From an uncultured Acidobacteriota bacterium (GTDB lineage Bacteria; Acidobacteriota; Vicinamibacteria; Fen-336): DNA of 64,000 nt. The stretch covers positions 25,816 through 89,815 of the forward strand of contig CAZLRF010000014.1 in the NCBI GenBank assembly GCA_964561785.1, written 5' to 3'. The number at the start of each line of letters is the position of its first letter. Position 1 is the first letter of the stretch. Positions 28,300 to 38,474 of this stretch are shown here, in pieces. The notes beneath the pieces were generated by a model that saw only the letters and a program-made list of their open reading frames with translations, did not search any database and was not told the origin of the DNA. The position numbers and the translations under genes are program-made.

Positions 28300-29204
28300 G
28301 GACGGCGGCCGCGCTCCGGGCGCTCCCTCTCGCCGCCGCGCTTCTGCCGCTCGCGTGGTCCGCCCCCGCCCGGGCGGAAGAGGTCGTGCGGCGGGTGGGG
28401 AGCGTGACGTTCCGGGTCGACGTCTCGCAGGCCTTTCCCGGCGGCGTCGTCGCGATCCGCCTCGGCTCGCGCGTGCGGCTCGGCGGCGCGTGGGCCGTGC
28501 TCGAGGGCCGCCGTGCACCGTTTCTCCCCGTTCGCGGCGTCCCGCGCGCGCTCGTGCCGATCTCCGCGGCGGCCGAGCCCGGGCCGGTCACCCTCGGCGT
28601 CGAGATCGCGGCCCGGGGCGGCACCCAGCGCATCGGGATCCCGATCACCCTCGGCACGCGCGCCTACCCCCCGCGGACGATCGTTCTCGACGAGCGGCTC
28701 CGCGCCCTCGCCGGGCGCGAGGACGCCGCCCACGACGGCCGCCGGCTCCTCGCCCTCCTGCGCGCCGCCCCGACGAAGGCGGAGCCCGGTCCCCTCCTGC
28801 CGCCCGTGGACGCTCCCGGGCGCGGCTTCGGCGAGCCCCGAATCCATCCCGGCGCCTCCCGCGTCTTGAGCCTCACCGACGGCCTCCACGGCGAGCGCCA
28901 CCGCGGGATCGACTACCCGGTTCCCGCGGCGACCCCCGTGCGCGCGCCCGGCACGGGCACGGTGCTGTTCGCGGGCCCGCTGGTGCTGACCGGGGAGACG
29001 GTGGTCATCGACCACGGCCAGGGCGTCGTGAGCGTCCTCTCCCACCTCTCGCGCGCCGACGTGCGCACGGGCGACGCCGTCCCCGCCGCCGCGCCGATCG
29101 GCCTCTCCGGCCAGACCGGCCTCGCCCCCGAGCCCCTCCTCGAGTGGCGGGTCTACCTCCACGCCGTCCCCGTCGACCCCACCGTCCTCGCCCCGCTCCT
29201 GTAA
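28296..29204 (+). CDS. M23-family peptidoglycan metalloendopeptidase
   Basis: Internal start MRTAAALRALPLAAALLPLAWSAPARAEE (signal peptide) overlapping the selA stop by ATGA; C-terminal LytM motifs HRGIDYPVPAATPVRAPGTGTV...GETVVIDHGQGVVSVLSHLS. Confidence 0.85.
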   Translation: MRTAAALRALPLAAALLPLAWSAPARAEEVVRRVGSVTFRVDVSQAFPGGVVAIRLGSRVRLGGAWAVLEGRRAPFLPVRGVPRALVPISAAAEPGPVTLGVEIAARGGTQRIGIPITLGTRAYPPRTIVLDERLRALAGREDAAHDGRRLLALLRAAPTKAEPGPLLPPVDAPGRGFGEPRIHPGASRVLSLTDGLHGERHRGIDYPVPAATPVRAPGTGTVLFAGPLVLTGETVVIDHGQGVVSVLSHLSRADVRTGDAVPAAAPIGLSGQTGLAPEPLLEWRVYLHAVPVDPTVLAPLL

Positions 29205-29247
29205 AGGGGTCAGATCTTGAATCTGCTCATCCGCGGCGCGCGGCGAT

Positions 29248-32200
29248 TCACCGCGTCCCGGCGGAGGGCTCGAGGACGACGGTCAGCGGGACGCGCTCGG
29301 CCGAGCGAACGATCGCCGTCGCCTTGCCCCGTCCGCTCTCGTGGCCGACGGCGACCTCGACCCGGCCCGGGGGCGAGGCGAGGTCGAACCGGCCTTCCGC
29401 GTCGGTCGGGCCGGACGTGCGGCCGGGCAGCCGCACCCGCGCCCCGTCCACCGACTCGACCCGCGGATAGGCCCCGGCCACCGGACGGCCTGACGGGTCG
29501 ACCACGCGCAAGGCGATGCGCCCCGCCGGCCTCAGCGTGAGGGCAGCCGGCTCGCCGCCGGGGACGACGCCGAACCGCACGCCGAAGCCGGCGACCTCGG
29601 AGCCCGCCACGACGGCGTAGGGGCGCGCGGCGAGGCCGCCGATCCGGAAGGTCCCGTCCGCCGTGGAGTTCGCGTGCCCGCCGCTCGTCCCGTCATCGGC
29701 CGTGGCGAGCACGAGGTGGCCGGGCGCGGGGCGCCCCGCCGCGTCGAGCACGCGGCCGGCGATCTCGAGGCCGGCCTCCATCTCGACCTTGAGGTCGGCC
29801 ATGCCGCCGGTGCCGACGCTCAGCGGCATCTCCACCGGCCGGCGGTCCGGGGCTCGCGCGACGAGGCGGTACTCCCCCGGCTCGACCGGGATCGTGAAGC
29901 GGCCGTCGGGTGAGGTCTCCGCCCCGCCGCCGGCGCCGCGGCCCGGCGGCGACGCCTCGGGGCGCAGAGACACGCGGACGCCGCCCAACGGCGCCCCGGT
30001 GTCCCGCTCGACGACGACGCCCGCGACGGTGGTCGAGGCGATCTCGAGGTCGAGCGCGAACCGCTCGACGTCGGGGACGTCGGTCTCGCGGCCGCCGAAG
30101 GACTGGGCGCCCCGTCTCATCTGGACGAAGTGCGGGCCCGGCGCGAAGACGAGCAGCTCGTAGCCGCCGTCCTCGCGGGTCACGGCGGCGAGAGGGGGCG
30201 GCCCCGTGGACGCGGCGGAGGCCGGGGAAGCTCCCATGAATACCGAGACCGAGCTCCCGCGCCGGCTCATCAGGCCGACGAGGACGCCGGCCTCGCCTTC
30301 GCCGCCGCGGGTCACACGCCCCGCCACCACGACGTCGCGCAACGCGAAGTCGACGGTCACGGCCTCGCCGTCGCGCACCTCCACCTCGCGCGAGTCGACG
30401 CCGGTCAGGACGGTCGCCCCGGCCCCGCCCGCGGCCATGGGGCTCGCCGGCGTGAAGGCCATGAGCGCGACGCTCACGCGGCCCGGGGGCACGCGGTCCA
30501 GGACGAACGCCCCGCCCGCGTCGAGGGCGCCCTGTCCCCACTCCCCGACGGAGCCGCGGTCGTCGAGCGGCCATGCCTGGACGCGTCCCGCGGTGAACGG
30601 CCGGCCGTCGCGGTGCACCGCGCGCCCCTCGATCCGCCCGCCGCGCACGAGGACGATCCTCACCGCGGGCGTCTCCCTCTCGGGGTCGACCGCCACCTCG
30701 ACGGGAGGGGACGCGGCGTAGGAGGGGTGGCGCGCGGTCAGGAACGTCGCCCCGGTGGGAAGGCCGCGCAGCTCGAACGCCCCGCTCGATCCGGTCTGCG
30801 TCTCGCGCCGCCCCGTGCGGACGTTCGCCTCCCGCTCCGCGGCGACCGTCGCCCCCGGGACGCCGCGCCCCTCGCCGTCGACCACCACGCCCTCCACGAC
30901 GCCGCCGCGGGCGAGGACGACCGTCCCCACGTCGGTCGCGCGCCCGGCGGCGACCCGCACGCCGGCCCGCGAGGCTTCCCCGCGGTCTCCCGCCCGCACC
31001 TCGAGGTCGTAGCGGCCGGGAGGCACGTCGCGCAGGGCGAACCGGCCGTCCCCCTCGTCCGAGCGGCCTGACGCGACCCGCCAGCGCTCGGTCCCGGACT
31101 CGTCCCGGGCCGTGACCTGCGCGTCCTCGACCGGCGCGCCGGACTCGTCCGCCACCCGTCCGGTCAGGGTCCCTCCCTCGTCGAGGACGACCTCGATCTC
31201 CTCGCCGCCGGCCTCCGCCACCGCGCGGCCCGTCGCGTAGCCCGTCGCGCTCGCCGTCACCTCGTAGCGCCCCGGCCGCAGCCCGCCGATCTCGAAGCGG
31301 CCTGCGGCCCCGCTCTCCGCCTCGCCCTCCCCCGCCGCGCCCGGACCCAGGGTCGTCGCCCGGACCGCGGCGGCCTCGACGCCGCGTCCCTCGCGGTCCC
31401 GCACGCGCCCGCGGATCGCGAGGCCCGGGTCGAGGGCCACGTCGCCGAGGTCGACCGCCCGCCCCCGCGCCGAGACGCCCGCCTCCACCCGCCGCGACGC
31501 ATGCCGCGGGGCGGAGACCGTGACCTCGAGCGACCCGAGGGGCAGCGGGCCGAGAGCGAAGGCGCCGTCCGCGCCCGCCGCCGCGACGAGCATGTCGGAG
31601 GCGAAGGGCGGCAGGGCCTTGCCCTCGTACTCCTCGACCCGCGCGCGGCCGGCGAGAGGCCTGCCCTCGGCGTCGACGATCCGCCCCGTGACGAAGCCCC
31701 CGTCCGAGAGGACCAGGCTCGCCGAGGCCTCGCCGAGCGGCTCGACCACGACGACCGCGATCCCCGGCGCCCGCCCCCCTTCGCGGGCCACGAGCGTGTA
31801 CTCCCCGGGCGCAACGCCGGCCATCACGAACCGCCCGCTCTCGTCGGTCCGCTCGGGGGCGGGCGCCTCCCAGGCCGTGTCCCCCTGCGCCCGCACGAGG
31901 GCGCCCCGTACGGGACGACCGGCGTCGTCGCGGACCGATCCCGAGAGGGTCGCCCCCGGGAAGAGATAGAGCTCCACGCTCGACCCCGCGCGGACGCCCG
32001 AGCGCGTCGCGCGCGCGTAGCCGGGGGCCCGCACGGAGAGCCGCACCGCCGCGCGCCCGATCCCCTCGAGGCGGAAGCGCCCCTCCGCGTCCGTCACCGC
32101 CTCAGGGTGCACCGGGTCGGCGCCCCCGACCGCGAGGGACGGCACGTCCGACTCGACCACGACCCGGGCCCCCGCGACGGGCCGGCCCCCGTCACCCTCG

Positions 32201-32649
32201 CGCACGACGCCGGCGATCACCCCGCCCCGCTCGAGCCGAACGCGCAGCGGCCCCGAGGCGACCCGCCGGACGGGCGCGGTCACGAAGCCCTTCGCCGACA
32301 CCCACGCGTTCCACGGCCCGGGCGGCAGCGCCTCGAGGCGGACCCGGCCGTCCGCGGAGGTGAACCCGGTGCGGGCCTTCTCGGGCGCGATCTCCCCGCC
32401 CGGCCGGTAGGCGCCGGTCACCGGCGCCACGGCCACGAACGCGCCTTCCACGGGCCGGCCCGCCGGGTCGACCACGAGCACGTCGAGCCGAGTGGGCGGG
32501 CTCGGCGCAGAGGGGCGCGCCTTCGCCGCAGGCCCCGGGGCGGGGGGCGGCACGCTCTTCGAGGCCGGGGGCGCCTGGGCGACGGCGAGGGCGGCGAGGC
32601 CCGCGGCGAGCGCGCCGAGGAGCGCCGGGTGTCGGGGGCGAAGGCTCAT
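29248..32649 (-). CDS. Secreted 1133-aa protein of about 12 tandem carboxypeptidase-regulatory-like / prealbumin-like beta-sandwich domains
   Basis: Internal start MSLRPRHPALLGALAAGLAALAVAQAPPASK (signal peptide) at residue 455 of ORF 29248..34011. Then a repeated unit of about 80-90 aa (G.V.D..G.PV.GA.V......G..........DG.F.L..L.PG.Y.L.V.A.G). The upstream part of the ORF is antisense to nuoN. Confidence 0.75.
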   Translation of the reverse strand: MSLRPRHPALLGALAAGLAALAVAQAPPASKSVPPPAPGPAAKARPSAPSPPTRLDVLVVDPAGRPVEGAFVAVAPVTGAYRPGGEIAPEKARTGFTSADGRVRLEALPPGPWNAWVSAKGFVTAPVRRVASGPLRVRLERGGVIAGVVREGDGGRPVAGARVVVESDVPSLAVGGADPVHPEAVTDAEGRFRLEGIGRAAVRLSVRAPGYARATRSGVRAGSSVELYLFPGATLSGSVRDDAGRPVRGALVRAQGDTAWEAPAPERTDESGRFVMAGVAPGEYTLVAREGGRAPGIAVVVVEPLGEASASLVLSDGGFVTGRIVDAEGRPLAGRARVEEYEGKALPPFASDMLVAAAGADGAFALGPLPLGSLEVTVSAPRHASRRVEAGVSARGRAVDLGDVALDPGLAIRGRVRDREGRGVEAAAVRATTLGPGAAGEGEAESGAAGRFEIGGLRPGRYEVTASATGYATGRAVAEAGGEEIEVVLDEGGTLTGRVADESGAPVEDAQVTARDESGTERWRVASGRSDEGDGRFALRDVPPGRYDLEVRAGDRGEASRAGVRVAAGRATDVGTVVLARGGVVEGVVVDGEGRGVPGATVAAEREANVRTGRRETQTGSSGAFELRGLPTGATFLTARHPSYAASPPVEVAVDPERETPAVRIVLVRGGRIEGRAVHRDGRPFTAGRVQAWPLDDRGSVGEWGQGALDAGGAFVLDRVPPGRVSVALMAFTPASPMAAGGAGATVLTGVDSREVEVRDGEAVTVDFALRDVVVAGRVTRGGEGEAGVLVGLMSRRGSSVSVFMGASPASAASTGPPPLAAVTREDGGYELLVFAPGPHFVQMRRGAQSFGGRETDVPDVERFALDLEIASTTVAGVVVERDTGAPLGGVRVSLRPEASPPGRGAGGGAETSPDGRFTIPVEPGEYRLVARAPDRRPVEMPLSVGTGGMADLKVEMEAGLEIAGRVLDAAGRPAPGHLVLATADDGTSGGHANSTADGTFRIGGLAARPYAVVAGSEVAGFGVRFGVVPGGEPAALTLRPAGRIALRVVDPSGRPVAGAYPRVESVDGARVRLPGRTSGPTDAEGRFDLASPPGRVEVAVGHESGRGKATAIVRSAERVPLTVVLEPSAGTR

Positions 32650-32714
32650 GAGACGACCCTCCCACCGGTGAAGCTGACCCGCCGCGAGCGAGCCCCGGGC
32701 GGGTGCTTTTCGAC

Positions 32715-34169
32715 TCAGGGCAGCAGGCTGCGCGCGGCCAGGCGGGCGAGGCTCAGGACGGGAGCCGGCCACACCCCGAGGAGAAGCGTGAGCGCGGCGG
32801 CGACGGCAAGCGCGAACGCCGAAGCCGGCGCGGGGGCGGCCCAGCGGTCCTCTCCCGCCGGCTCGCACATGTACATGGCGACCACCACCCGGAGATAGTA
32901 ATAGGCCGAGACGACGCTCATCACCACCCCGACGAGGGCGAGGACCCACCAGCCGGCGGCGACGGCCGCCGCGAACAGGTAGAACTTGCCGACGAAGCCG
33001 GCGGTGACCGGGATCCCCGTGAGGGACACGAGAAAGACGGCGAAGGCGGCGGCGAGAGCGGGGCGGCGCTCGGAGAGGCCGGCCACGTCGCGAGCGGTGA
33101 CCGGCTCGCGGCCGTCGCGGGCGAGCGTGGCGATCACGCCGAAGGCGCCGAGGTTCACCGCCGCGTAGGCCGCGAGGTAGAAGAGCATCGCCTCGCCGGC
33201 GAGGGAGGGCACGGCCACCATCGCCGCGAGGAGGTAGCCCGCGTGCGCCACCGAGGAGTAGGCGAGCATCCGCTTGAGGCTCGTCTGGGCGAGGGCGGCG
33301 AGATTGCCGACGACCATCGTCACGATCGCGAGGACGGCCACGAGGGGCTGCCAGAGGGGAGCGAGCGCGGGGAGCCCCGAGCCGAAGACGCGCAGGAGCG
33401 AGCCGAACGCCGCCGCCTTCACCCCCGCCGACATGAACGCGGTCGCGGTGGTCGGCGCGCCCTCGTAGACGTCGGGGGCCCACATGTGGAAGGGCACGCT
33501 CGCGATCTTGAAGGCGAAGCCGACCAGGAGGAGCCCGGCCCCGAGGAGGGCGAGGGGGACCTGCGGCGCGGGGAGGGCGGCGAGGGCCAGGGCGACCTTG
33601 TCGATCGAGGTGCTGCCGCTCACGCCGTAGAGGAGGGCGATCCCGTACAGGAAGAAGGCGGAGGCGAAGGCCCCGGTCACGAAGTACTTGAGCGCCGCCT
33701 CCTGGCTCTCGACGCGGCCGCGGTGCATGCCCGCCATCCCGTAGAGCGCGATCGACGTGATCTCGAGGGCCACGAACACGGAGACGAGCTCGAGCGCGGA
33801 GACGAGGCCGAGCATCCCCACCGTCGAGAACAGGAGCAGCGCGTAGAACTCGCCGCGCTCGATCCCCTGCGAGCGCAGGTAGGAGGGCGAGAGCAGCACC
33901 GCCACCGCCGCGACGGCGACGAGGAGGGCCTGGAGGAAGAGGGCGAAGTCGTCCGCGGCCACGGCGCCCGCCATCACCGCGCCCCGCCCGGGCCCGGTGG
34001 CGAGCATCCACAGCGACGCGAGCGCGGCGGCGAGGCCGGCGAGCGAGAGCGCGGTCGAGGGGGCGGCCTTGCCCTTCGGGACGAAGGCCTGGGCGAGGAG
34101 GACGACGAGCCCGGTCACGGCGACGATCGCGGCGGGGGCGATCGGGCGCAGGTCGAGGACCGCGTTCAT
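32715..34169 (-). CDS. nuoN: NADH-quinone oxidoreductase subunit N
   Basis: Internal start MNAVLDLRPIAPAAIVAVTGLVVLL...; 484 aa, about 14 TM helices, NuoN/ND2 motifs (FHMWAPDVYEGAPT, LAYSSVAHAGY). Confidence 0.9.
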   Translation of the reverse strand: MNAVLDLRPIAPAAIVAVTGLVVLLAQAFVPKGKAAPSTALSLAGLAAALASLWMLATGPGRGAVMAGAVAADDFALFLQALLVAVAAVAVLLSPSYLRSQGIERGEFYALLLFSTVGMLGLVSALELVSVFVALEITSIALYGMAGMHRGRVESQEAALKYFVTGAFASAFFLYGIALLYGVSGSTSIDKVALALAALPAPQVPLALLGAGLLLVGFAFKIASVPFHMWAPDVYEGAPTTATAFMSAGVKAAAFGSLLRVFGSGLPALAPLWQPLVAVLAIVTMVVGNLAALAQTSLKRMLAYSSVAHAGYLLAAMVAVPSLAGEAMLFYLAAYAAVNLGAFGVIATLARDGREPVTARDVAGLSERRPALAAAFAVFLVSLTGIPVTAGFVGKFYLFAAAVAAGWWVLALVGVVMSVVSAYYYLRVVVAMYMCEPAGEDRWAAPAPASAFALAVAAALTLLLGVWPAPVLSLARLAARSLLP

Positions 34170-35701
34170 CGCCGCACCTCCGCGCCCAGGGCCGGCGGGG
34201 CGTCCGCCGCTCGCACCGGCTGCGTCCGCTCGCGCACCTGGCGCACGAGGGCGTCGGCCGCGGGCTCGATCCGCCGCGTGAACAGCGGGCTCGCCACGCC
34301 CATGAAGAGGGCGAGCGCCACCAGGGGGACGAGGACGGTCGCCTCGCGGAGCGAGAGGTCGGGGAGGTCCCGGTTCTTCGGGTTCGTGACCTCGCCGTAG
34401 AACACCCGCTTCACCATCCACAGCACGTAGCCCGCGGCCAGGATCACCCCGAGCGAGGCCACGGCGACCATCCACGGGCTGAACGTCCACGAGCCGACGA
34501 GGATGAGGAACTCGCCCACGAAGCCGTTGAAGCCGGGCACCGCGATCGAGGACAGGCTGATCAGGAGGAAGACCGCGAAGAACCAGGGCATGACCGTCCT
34601 GAGCCCCCCGAACTCCGCGATCTGCCGGGTGTGGCGGCGGTCGTAGAGCATCCCCACCAGGAAGAAGAGCGCCCCGGTCGAGATGCCGTGGTTGAGCATC
34701 TGGTAGACCGAGCCGACGACCCCGGTGGTGGTGAAGGCGGCGATCCCGAGCATCACGAAGCCGAGGTGTGAGACCGAGGAGTAGGCGACGAGCTTCTTGA
34801 GGTCGGGCTGGACGAGCGAGACGAGCGCCCCGTAGACGATGCCGACGACGGCGAGGACGCCGACGAGCGGTGCGAAGTGCATCGCGGCGTCCGGGAAGAG
34901 GGGGATCGCCAGCCGGAGGAACCCGTAGCCCCCCATCTTGAGCAGGACGCCGGCGAGGATGACGGAGCCCGCGGTGGGCGCCTCGACGTGGGCGTCGGGG
35001 AGCCAGGTGTGGAACGGCCACATCGGGACCTTGATCGCGAACGCGAGGGCGCAGGCGAGGAAGAGCCAGGTCTGGAGCGAGGGGTCGACCGGGACCTCCA
35101 CGAGGCGCGGGATGTCGAACGTGCCGATGCCCGCCGCGCTGTAGAGCACGAGGAACGCGACCAGCATGAGGACGCTGCCCGCGAACGTGTAGAGGAAGAA
35201 CTTGACCGCGGCGTACACCCGCCGCTCGTGGCCCCAGATCCCGATCAGGAAGTACATCGGGATGAGCATCGCCTCCCAGAACACGTAGAACAGGAACAGG
35301 TCGAGGGCCACGAACACCCCGATCATCCCCGCCTCGAGCAGCAGCATGAACAGCACGAACTCCCGCACCCGCGTCTCGATCGAGCTCCACGAGCCGAGCA
35401 GGCACAGCGGGGTGAGGAAGGTGGTCAGGATCACGAGCCACAGCGACAGCCCGTCGATCCCGACGTGGTAGCTGATGCCCCACGCGGGGATCCACGGGCG
35501 CTTCTCGATGAACTGCATCCCGGCCACGTCGCGGAAGCCGGACACGAGGAGAAGCGACAGCGCGAAGGCGGCGAGGGACACCGCGAGGCCGATCGCCTTC
35601 TGCAGCGTGCGCGACTCGCGCCGGGTGAGGGCGACGAGGAGCGCCCCCGCGACGGGCAGGAGGATCAGCAGGCTCAGCAGGTGGAACTTGAGGGCGATCA
35701 T
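34166..35701 (-). CDS. nuoM: NADH-quinone oxidoreductase subunit M
   Basis: Internal start MIALKFHLLSLLILLPVAGALL...; 511 aa; ND4 motifs (FYVFWEAMLIPMYFLIGIWG, WLPDAHVEAPTAGSVILAGVLLKMGGYG, LAYSSVSHLGFV); ATGA overlap with nuoN. Confidence 0.9.
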   Translation of the reverse strand: MIALKFHLLSLLILLPVAGALLVALTRRESRTLQKAIGLAVSLAAFALSLLLVSGFRDVAGMQFIEKRPWIPAWGISYHVGIDGLSLWLVILTTFLTPLCLLGSWSSIETRVREFVLFMLLLEAGMIGVFVALDLFLFYVFWEAMLIPMYFLIGIWGHERRVYAAVKFFLYTFAGSVLMLVAFLVLYSAAGIGTFDIPRLVEVPVDPSLQTWLFLACALAFAIKVPMWPFHTWLPDAHVEAPTAGSVILAGVLLKMGGYGFLRLAIPLFPDAAMHFAPLVGVLAVVGIVYGALVSLVQPDLKKLVAYSSVSHLGFVMLGIAAFTTTGVVGSVYQMLNHGISTGALFFLVGMLYDRRHTRQIAEFGGLRTVMPWFFAVFLLISLSSIAVPGFNGFVGEFLILVGSWTFSPWMVAVASLGVILAAGYVLWMVKRVFYGEVTNPKNRDLPDLSLREATVLVPLVALALFMGVASPLFTRRIEPAADALVRQVRERTQPVRAADAPPALGAEVRR

Positions 35702-35709
35702 GGCGTCGC

Positions 35710-37662
35710 TCAGGACCAGAGGAGGTAGGAGACGAGGGCGACCGCGCCGGCGAGGACGAGCAGCGCGTAGTGGCGGACGAACCCGGTCTGGATCGGCCGC
35801 GTGCGCTCGGCCCACCCCGCGGCCGTCCGCCCCGCGCCGTTGACGAGGCCGTCGATGACACCCGCGTCGACGCGCTTCCACAGGAGCCGGTCGCTGCCCT
35901 CCACCACCACCCTGCGGACGAAGCCGTCGTAGACGTGGTCGAAGAAGTACTTGGCCCCGAACAGGCGCAGGGCGGGGGCGAGGGGCCGCGCGAGCGAGCC
36001 GCGCACGTCGGGCATCGAGAGGTAGAGGTACCAGGCGACGAGGAGCCCCAGCGCGCCGGCGAGGGTGGCCACGACGGGCAGCCACGCCACGTGGTGGGCG
36101 GGCTCCGCGCCCAGGCGGAACACGGGCTCGAGGACCCCGGGGAGCCTCACCCGCGAGCCGCCCGGACCCGGGAAGAGCTCGTAGCCGGCCACCACCGAGC
36201 CCGCGGCGAGGAGGACGAGCGGCCCGAGCATCGACCACGGCGACTCGTGCACGTGGTGCTCGGCCTCGTGGCCGCCCCGGAACTCGCCGAAGAACGTGAG
36301 GAAGAGGAGCCGTCCCATGTAGGCCGCGGTCAGCAGGGCCGTGACGAGGGCGAGGGCGAAGAGGACCGTGTGCCCCCGCCCGAGGGCGGCGAGGAGGATC
36401 TCGTCCTTGCTGTAGAAGCCGGACAGGAGCGGGATGCCGGCGATGGCGAGGGTACCCACGAGGAAGGTCCCGAACGTCCAGGGGATCTTCTTCCGCAGCC
36501 CGCCCATCTTCCGCATGTCCTGCTCGCCGGACATCGCGTGGATGACCGAGCCCGAGCCGAGGAACAGCAGCGCCTTGAAGAAGGCGTGGGTGTACAGGTG
36601 GAACACCGCCACCCCGAACGCGCCCGCCCCCGCGGCGAGGAACATGAAGCCGAGCTGGCTGACCGTCGAGTACGCCAGCACCCGCTTGATGTCGGTCTGG
36701 ACGATCGCGATCGTGCCCGCCACGAGGGCGGTGACCGTGCCCGTGACCGCCACCACCAGCATCGCCGTCTCGGACTGGTGGTAGAGCGGGCCGAGGCGCG
36801 CCACCATGTAGACCCCGGCGGTGACCATGGTCGCGGCGTGGATGAGGGCGGAGACCGGGGTCGGGCCCTCCATCGCGTCCGGGAGCCAGACGTGGAGCGG
36901 GATCTGCGCGCTCTTGCCCGTCGCGCCGACGAAGAGGAGCAGGCAGGCGATCGTCACCGGGCCCCACTGCCACAGCCCCTCGTGGGCGAGCGCGCCGGCG
37001 TTGTCGGCGATGTCGACGAGGTCGAGGCTGCCGAACGCGTGGAAGACGAAGATCATCCCCAGGATGAGGCCGGCGTCCCCGACCCGGTTCACCACGAAGG
37101 CCTTCAGGCCGGCCGCCGACGCGCTGTCCCGCTTGTACCAGAAGCCGATCAGCAGGTAGGAGCACAGCCCCACCCCCTCCCACCCCACGAACAGCAGCGG
37201 GAGGTTGCCGCCGAGCACCAGCAGCAGCATGAAGAACGTGAACAGGTTCATGTACGAGAAGAAGCGGACCCGGTCCTCGTCGTGGGCCATGTAGCCCAGC
37301 GAGTAGACGTGGATGAGCGAGCCGATCCCGGTGACCACGAGCATCATCACGCAGGAGAGCGGGTCGACGAGCAGGCTCATCGGGACGCGGAAGCCGCCCG
37401 CCTCCATCCACTCGAAACCCAGGTAGGGCTGGGAGAAGCGCAGCCCCTCCTCCCCCGCCACGAGCCCGTAGAGGCGCGCGGTGGTCCACGCGGCGAGGAC
37501 GAAGGCGCCGATCACGGTGGCGCAGGCGAGGTAGCCCGCCCCCGCGTCCTCCTTGTCCCGCTTGATCCACTCTCCGAACAGCGAGAGGACCACGAAGCCC
37601 CCGAGGGGCAGGAGGAGCACGGCGAAGGGCAGGACGCGGTCGAGGACCTCGAGCTCGGTCAC
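35710..37662 (-). CDS. nuoL: NADH-quinone oxidoreductase subunit L
   Basis: 650 aa; ND5 motifs (WEGVGLCSYLLIGFW, HVWLPDAMEGPTPVSALIHAATMVTAGVY, LAYSTVSQLGFM) and a long C-terminal amphipathic region. Confidence 0.92.
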   Translation of the reverse strand: MTELEVLDRVLPFAVLLLPLGGFVVLSLFGEWIKRDKEDAGAGYLACATVIGAFVLAAWTTARLYGLVAGEEGLRFSQPYLGFEWMEAGGFRVPMSLLVDPLSCVMMLVVTGIGSLIHVYSLGYMAHDEDRVRFFSYMNLFTFFMLLLVLGGNLPLLFVGWEGVGLCSYLLIGFWYKRDSASAAGLKAFVVNRVGDAGLILGMIFVFHAFGSLDLVDIADNAGALAHEGLWQWGPVTIACLLLFVGATGKSAQIPLHVWLPDAMEGPTPVSALIHAATMVTAGVYMVARLGPLYHQSETAMLVVAVTGTVTALVAGTIAIVQTDIKRVLAYSTVSQLGFMFLAAGAGAFGVAVFHLYTHAFFKALLFLGSGSVIHAMSGEQDMRKMGGLRKKIPWTFGTFLVGTLAIAGIPLLSGFYSKDEILLAALGRGHTVLFALALVTALLTAAYMGRLLFLTFFGEFRGGHEAEHHVHESPWSMLGPLVLLAAGSVVAGYELFPGPGGSRVRLPGVLEPVFRLGAEPAHHVAWLPVVATLAGALGLLVAWYLYLSMPDVRGSLARPLAPALRLFGAKYFFDHVYDGFVRRVVVEGSDRLLWKRVDAGVIDGLVNGAGRTAAGWAERTRPIQTGFVRHYALLVLAGAVALVSYLLWS

Positions 37663-37666
37663 GGGC

Positions 37667-37984
37667 CTACCCCTTCAGCAGGTTGAAGGCGTCCACGTCC
37701 AGCGTGTCCTTGTGCCGGTGGAGCGCGATGACGATGGCGAGGCCGACCGCGGCCTCGGCCGCGGCGACCACCATCACGAAGAACACGAGCACCTGGCCGT
37801 CGAGCGTCCCCGCCGCGCGGCTGAACGCCACGAAGGCGAGGTTGACCCCGTTGAGCATGAGCTCGACGCACATGAGGACGGTGATCACGTTGCGGCGGAG
37901 GAAGACGCCGAGGGTCCCGAGGCCGAACAGCACGAGGCTCAGCAGGACCGCGTGGTGGACGAAGGCGGGTTGGTCCATGGCCAT
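37667..37984 (-). CDS. nuoK: NADH-quinone oxidoreductase subunit K
   Basis: 105 aa, [54 protein letters not shown]...; ATG overlaps the nuoJ TGA (TGATG). The upstream 171 codons of ORF 37667..38497 are spurious. Confidence 0.88.
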   Translation of the reverse strand: MAMDQPAFVHHAVLLSLVLFGLGTLGVFLRRNVITVLMCVELMLNGVNLAFVAFSRAAGTLDGQVLVFFVMVVAAAEAAVGLAIVIALHRHKDTLDVDAFNLLKG

Positions 37985-38472
37985 CACAGCTCCTTCTTGG
38001 CCAGCGCCACCGCCCCGACGAGGGCGGCCAGGATGAGGATCGACGTGGCCTCGAAGGCGTAGAGGAAGTGAGGCGAGAACAGGATCGCGGCCATGCTCCG
38101 GGTCGAGGCGTCGAAGGACGCGGCCGCCCCCTTCTCGCTGCGCAGGAGGACCGCCCCCGCCTGCAGCACCATGAGCGTCACGAGGGCGAGAGCGATCCCC
38201 CGCAGGGTGCGCCCGCCGCGGGCCGGGGAGTCCTCCCTCCTCACGTCGAGGAGCATGAGCACGAAGAGGAAGAGCACCATGATCGCACCCGCGTAGACGA
38301 TCACCTGGAGCACGGCGATGAACGGGGAGCCGAGCAGGCCGAAGATGACGCTGAGCGAGCACAGGGTCACGATGAGGGCGAAGGCCGAGTACATCGGGTG
38401 CTTCTGGGCGATCACGACCACCGCGGAGACGACCGCGATCGCGGCGAACACGTAGAAGAGGATGGCGTCCAT
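37984..38472 (-). CDS. nuoJ: NADH-quinone oxidoreductase subunit J
   Basis: Internal start [71 protein letters not shown]...; 162 aa. Confidence 0.88.
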   Translation of the reverse strand: MDAILFYVFAAIAVVSAVVVIAQKHPMYSAFALIVTLCSLSVIFGLLGSPFIAVLQVIVYAGAIMVLFLFVLMLLDVRREDSPARGGRTLRGIALALVTLMVLQAGAVLLRSEKGAAASFDASTRSMAAILFSPHFLYAFEATSILILAALVGAVALAKKEL

Positions 38473-38474
38473 GG

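Noticed and set aside
26554-29204. ORF 26554..28518 (-) and the N-terminal 500 aa of ORF 26787..29204 (+), 27864..29162 (-), 28355..29470 (+)
   Set aside because: Shadows of selA and the M23 peptidase. The M23 gene is only the last 302 codons (start 28296, ATGA-coupled to selA).
32650-34011. Upstream 454 codons of ORF 29248..34011, and ORFs 32703..34400 (+), 34877..35728 (+), 35770..37686 (+), 37553..38062 (+), 38068..38574 (+), 38556..39839 (+), 39611..41422 (+)
   Set aside because: Antisense or alternate frames across the nuo genes; the membrane subunits are unmistakable in their own frames.
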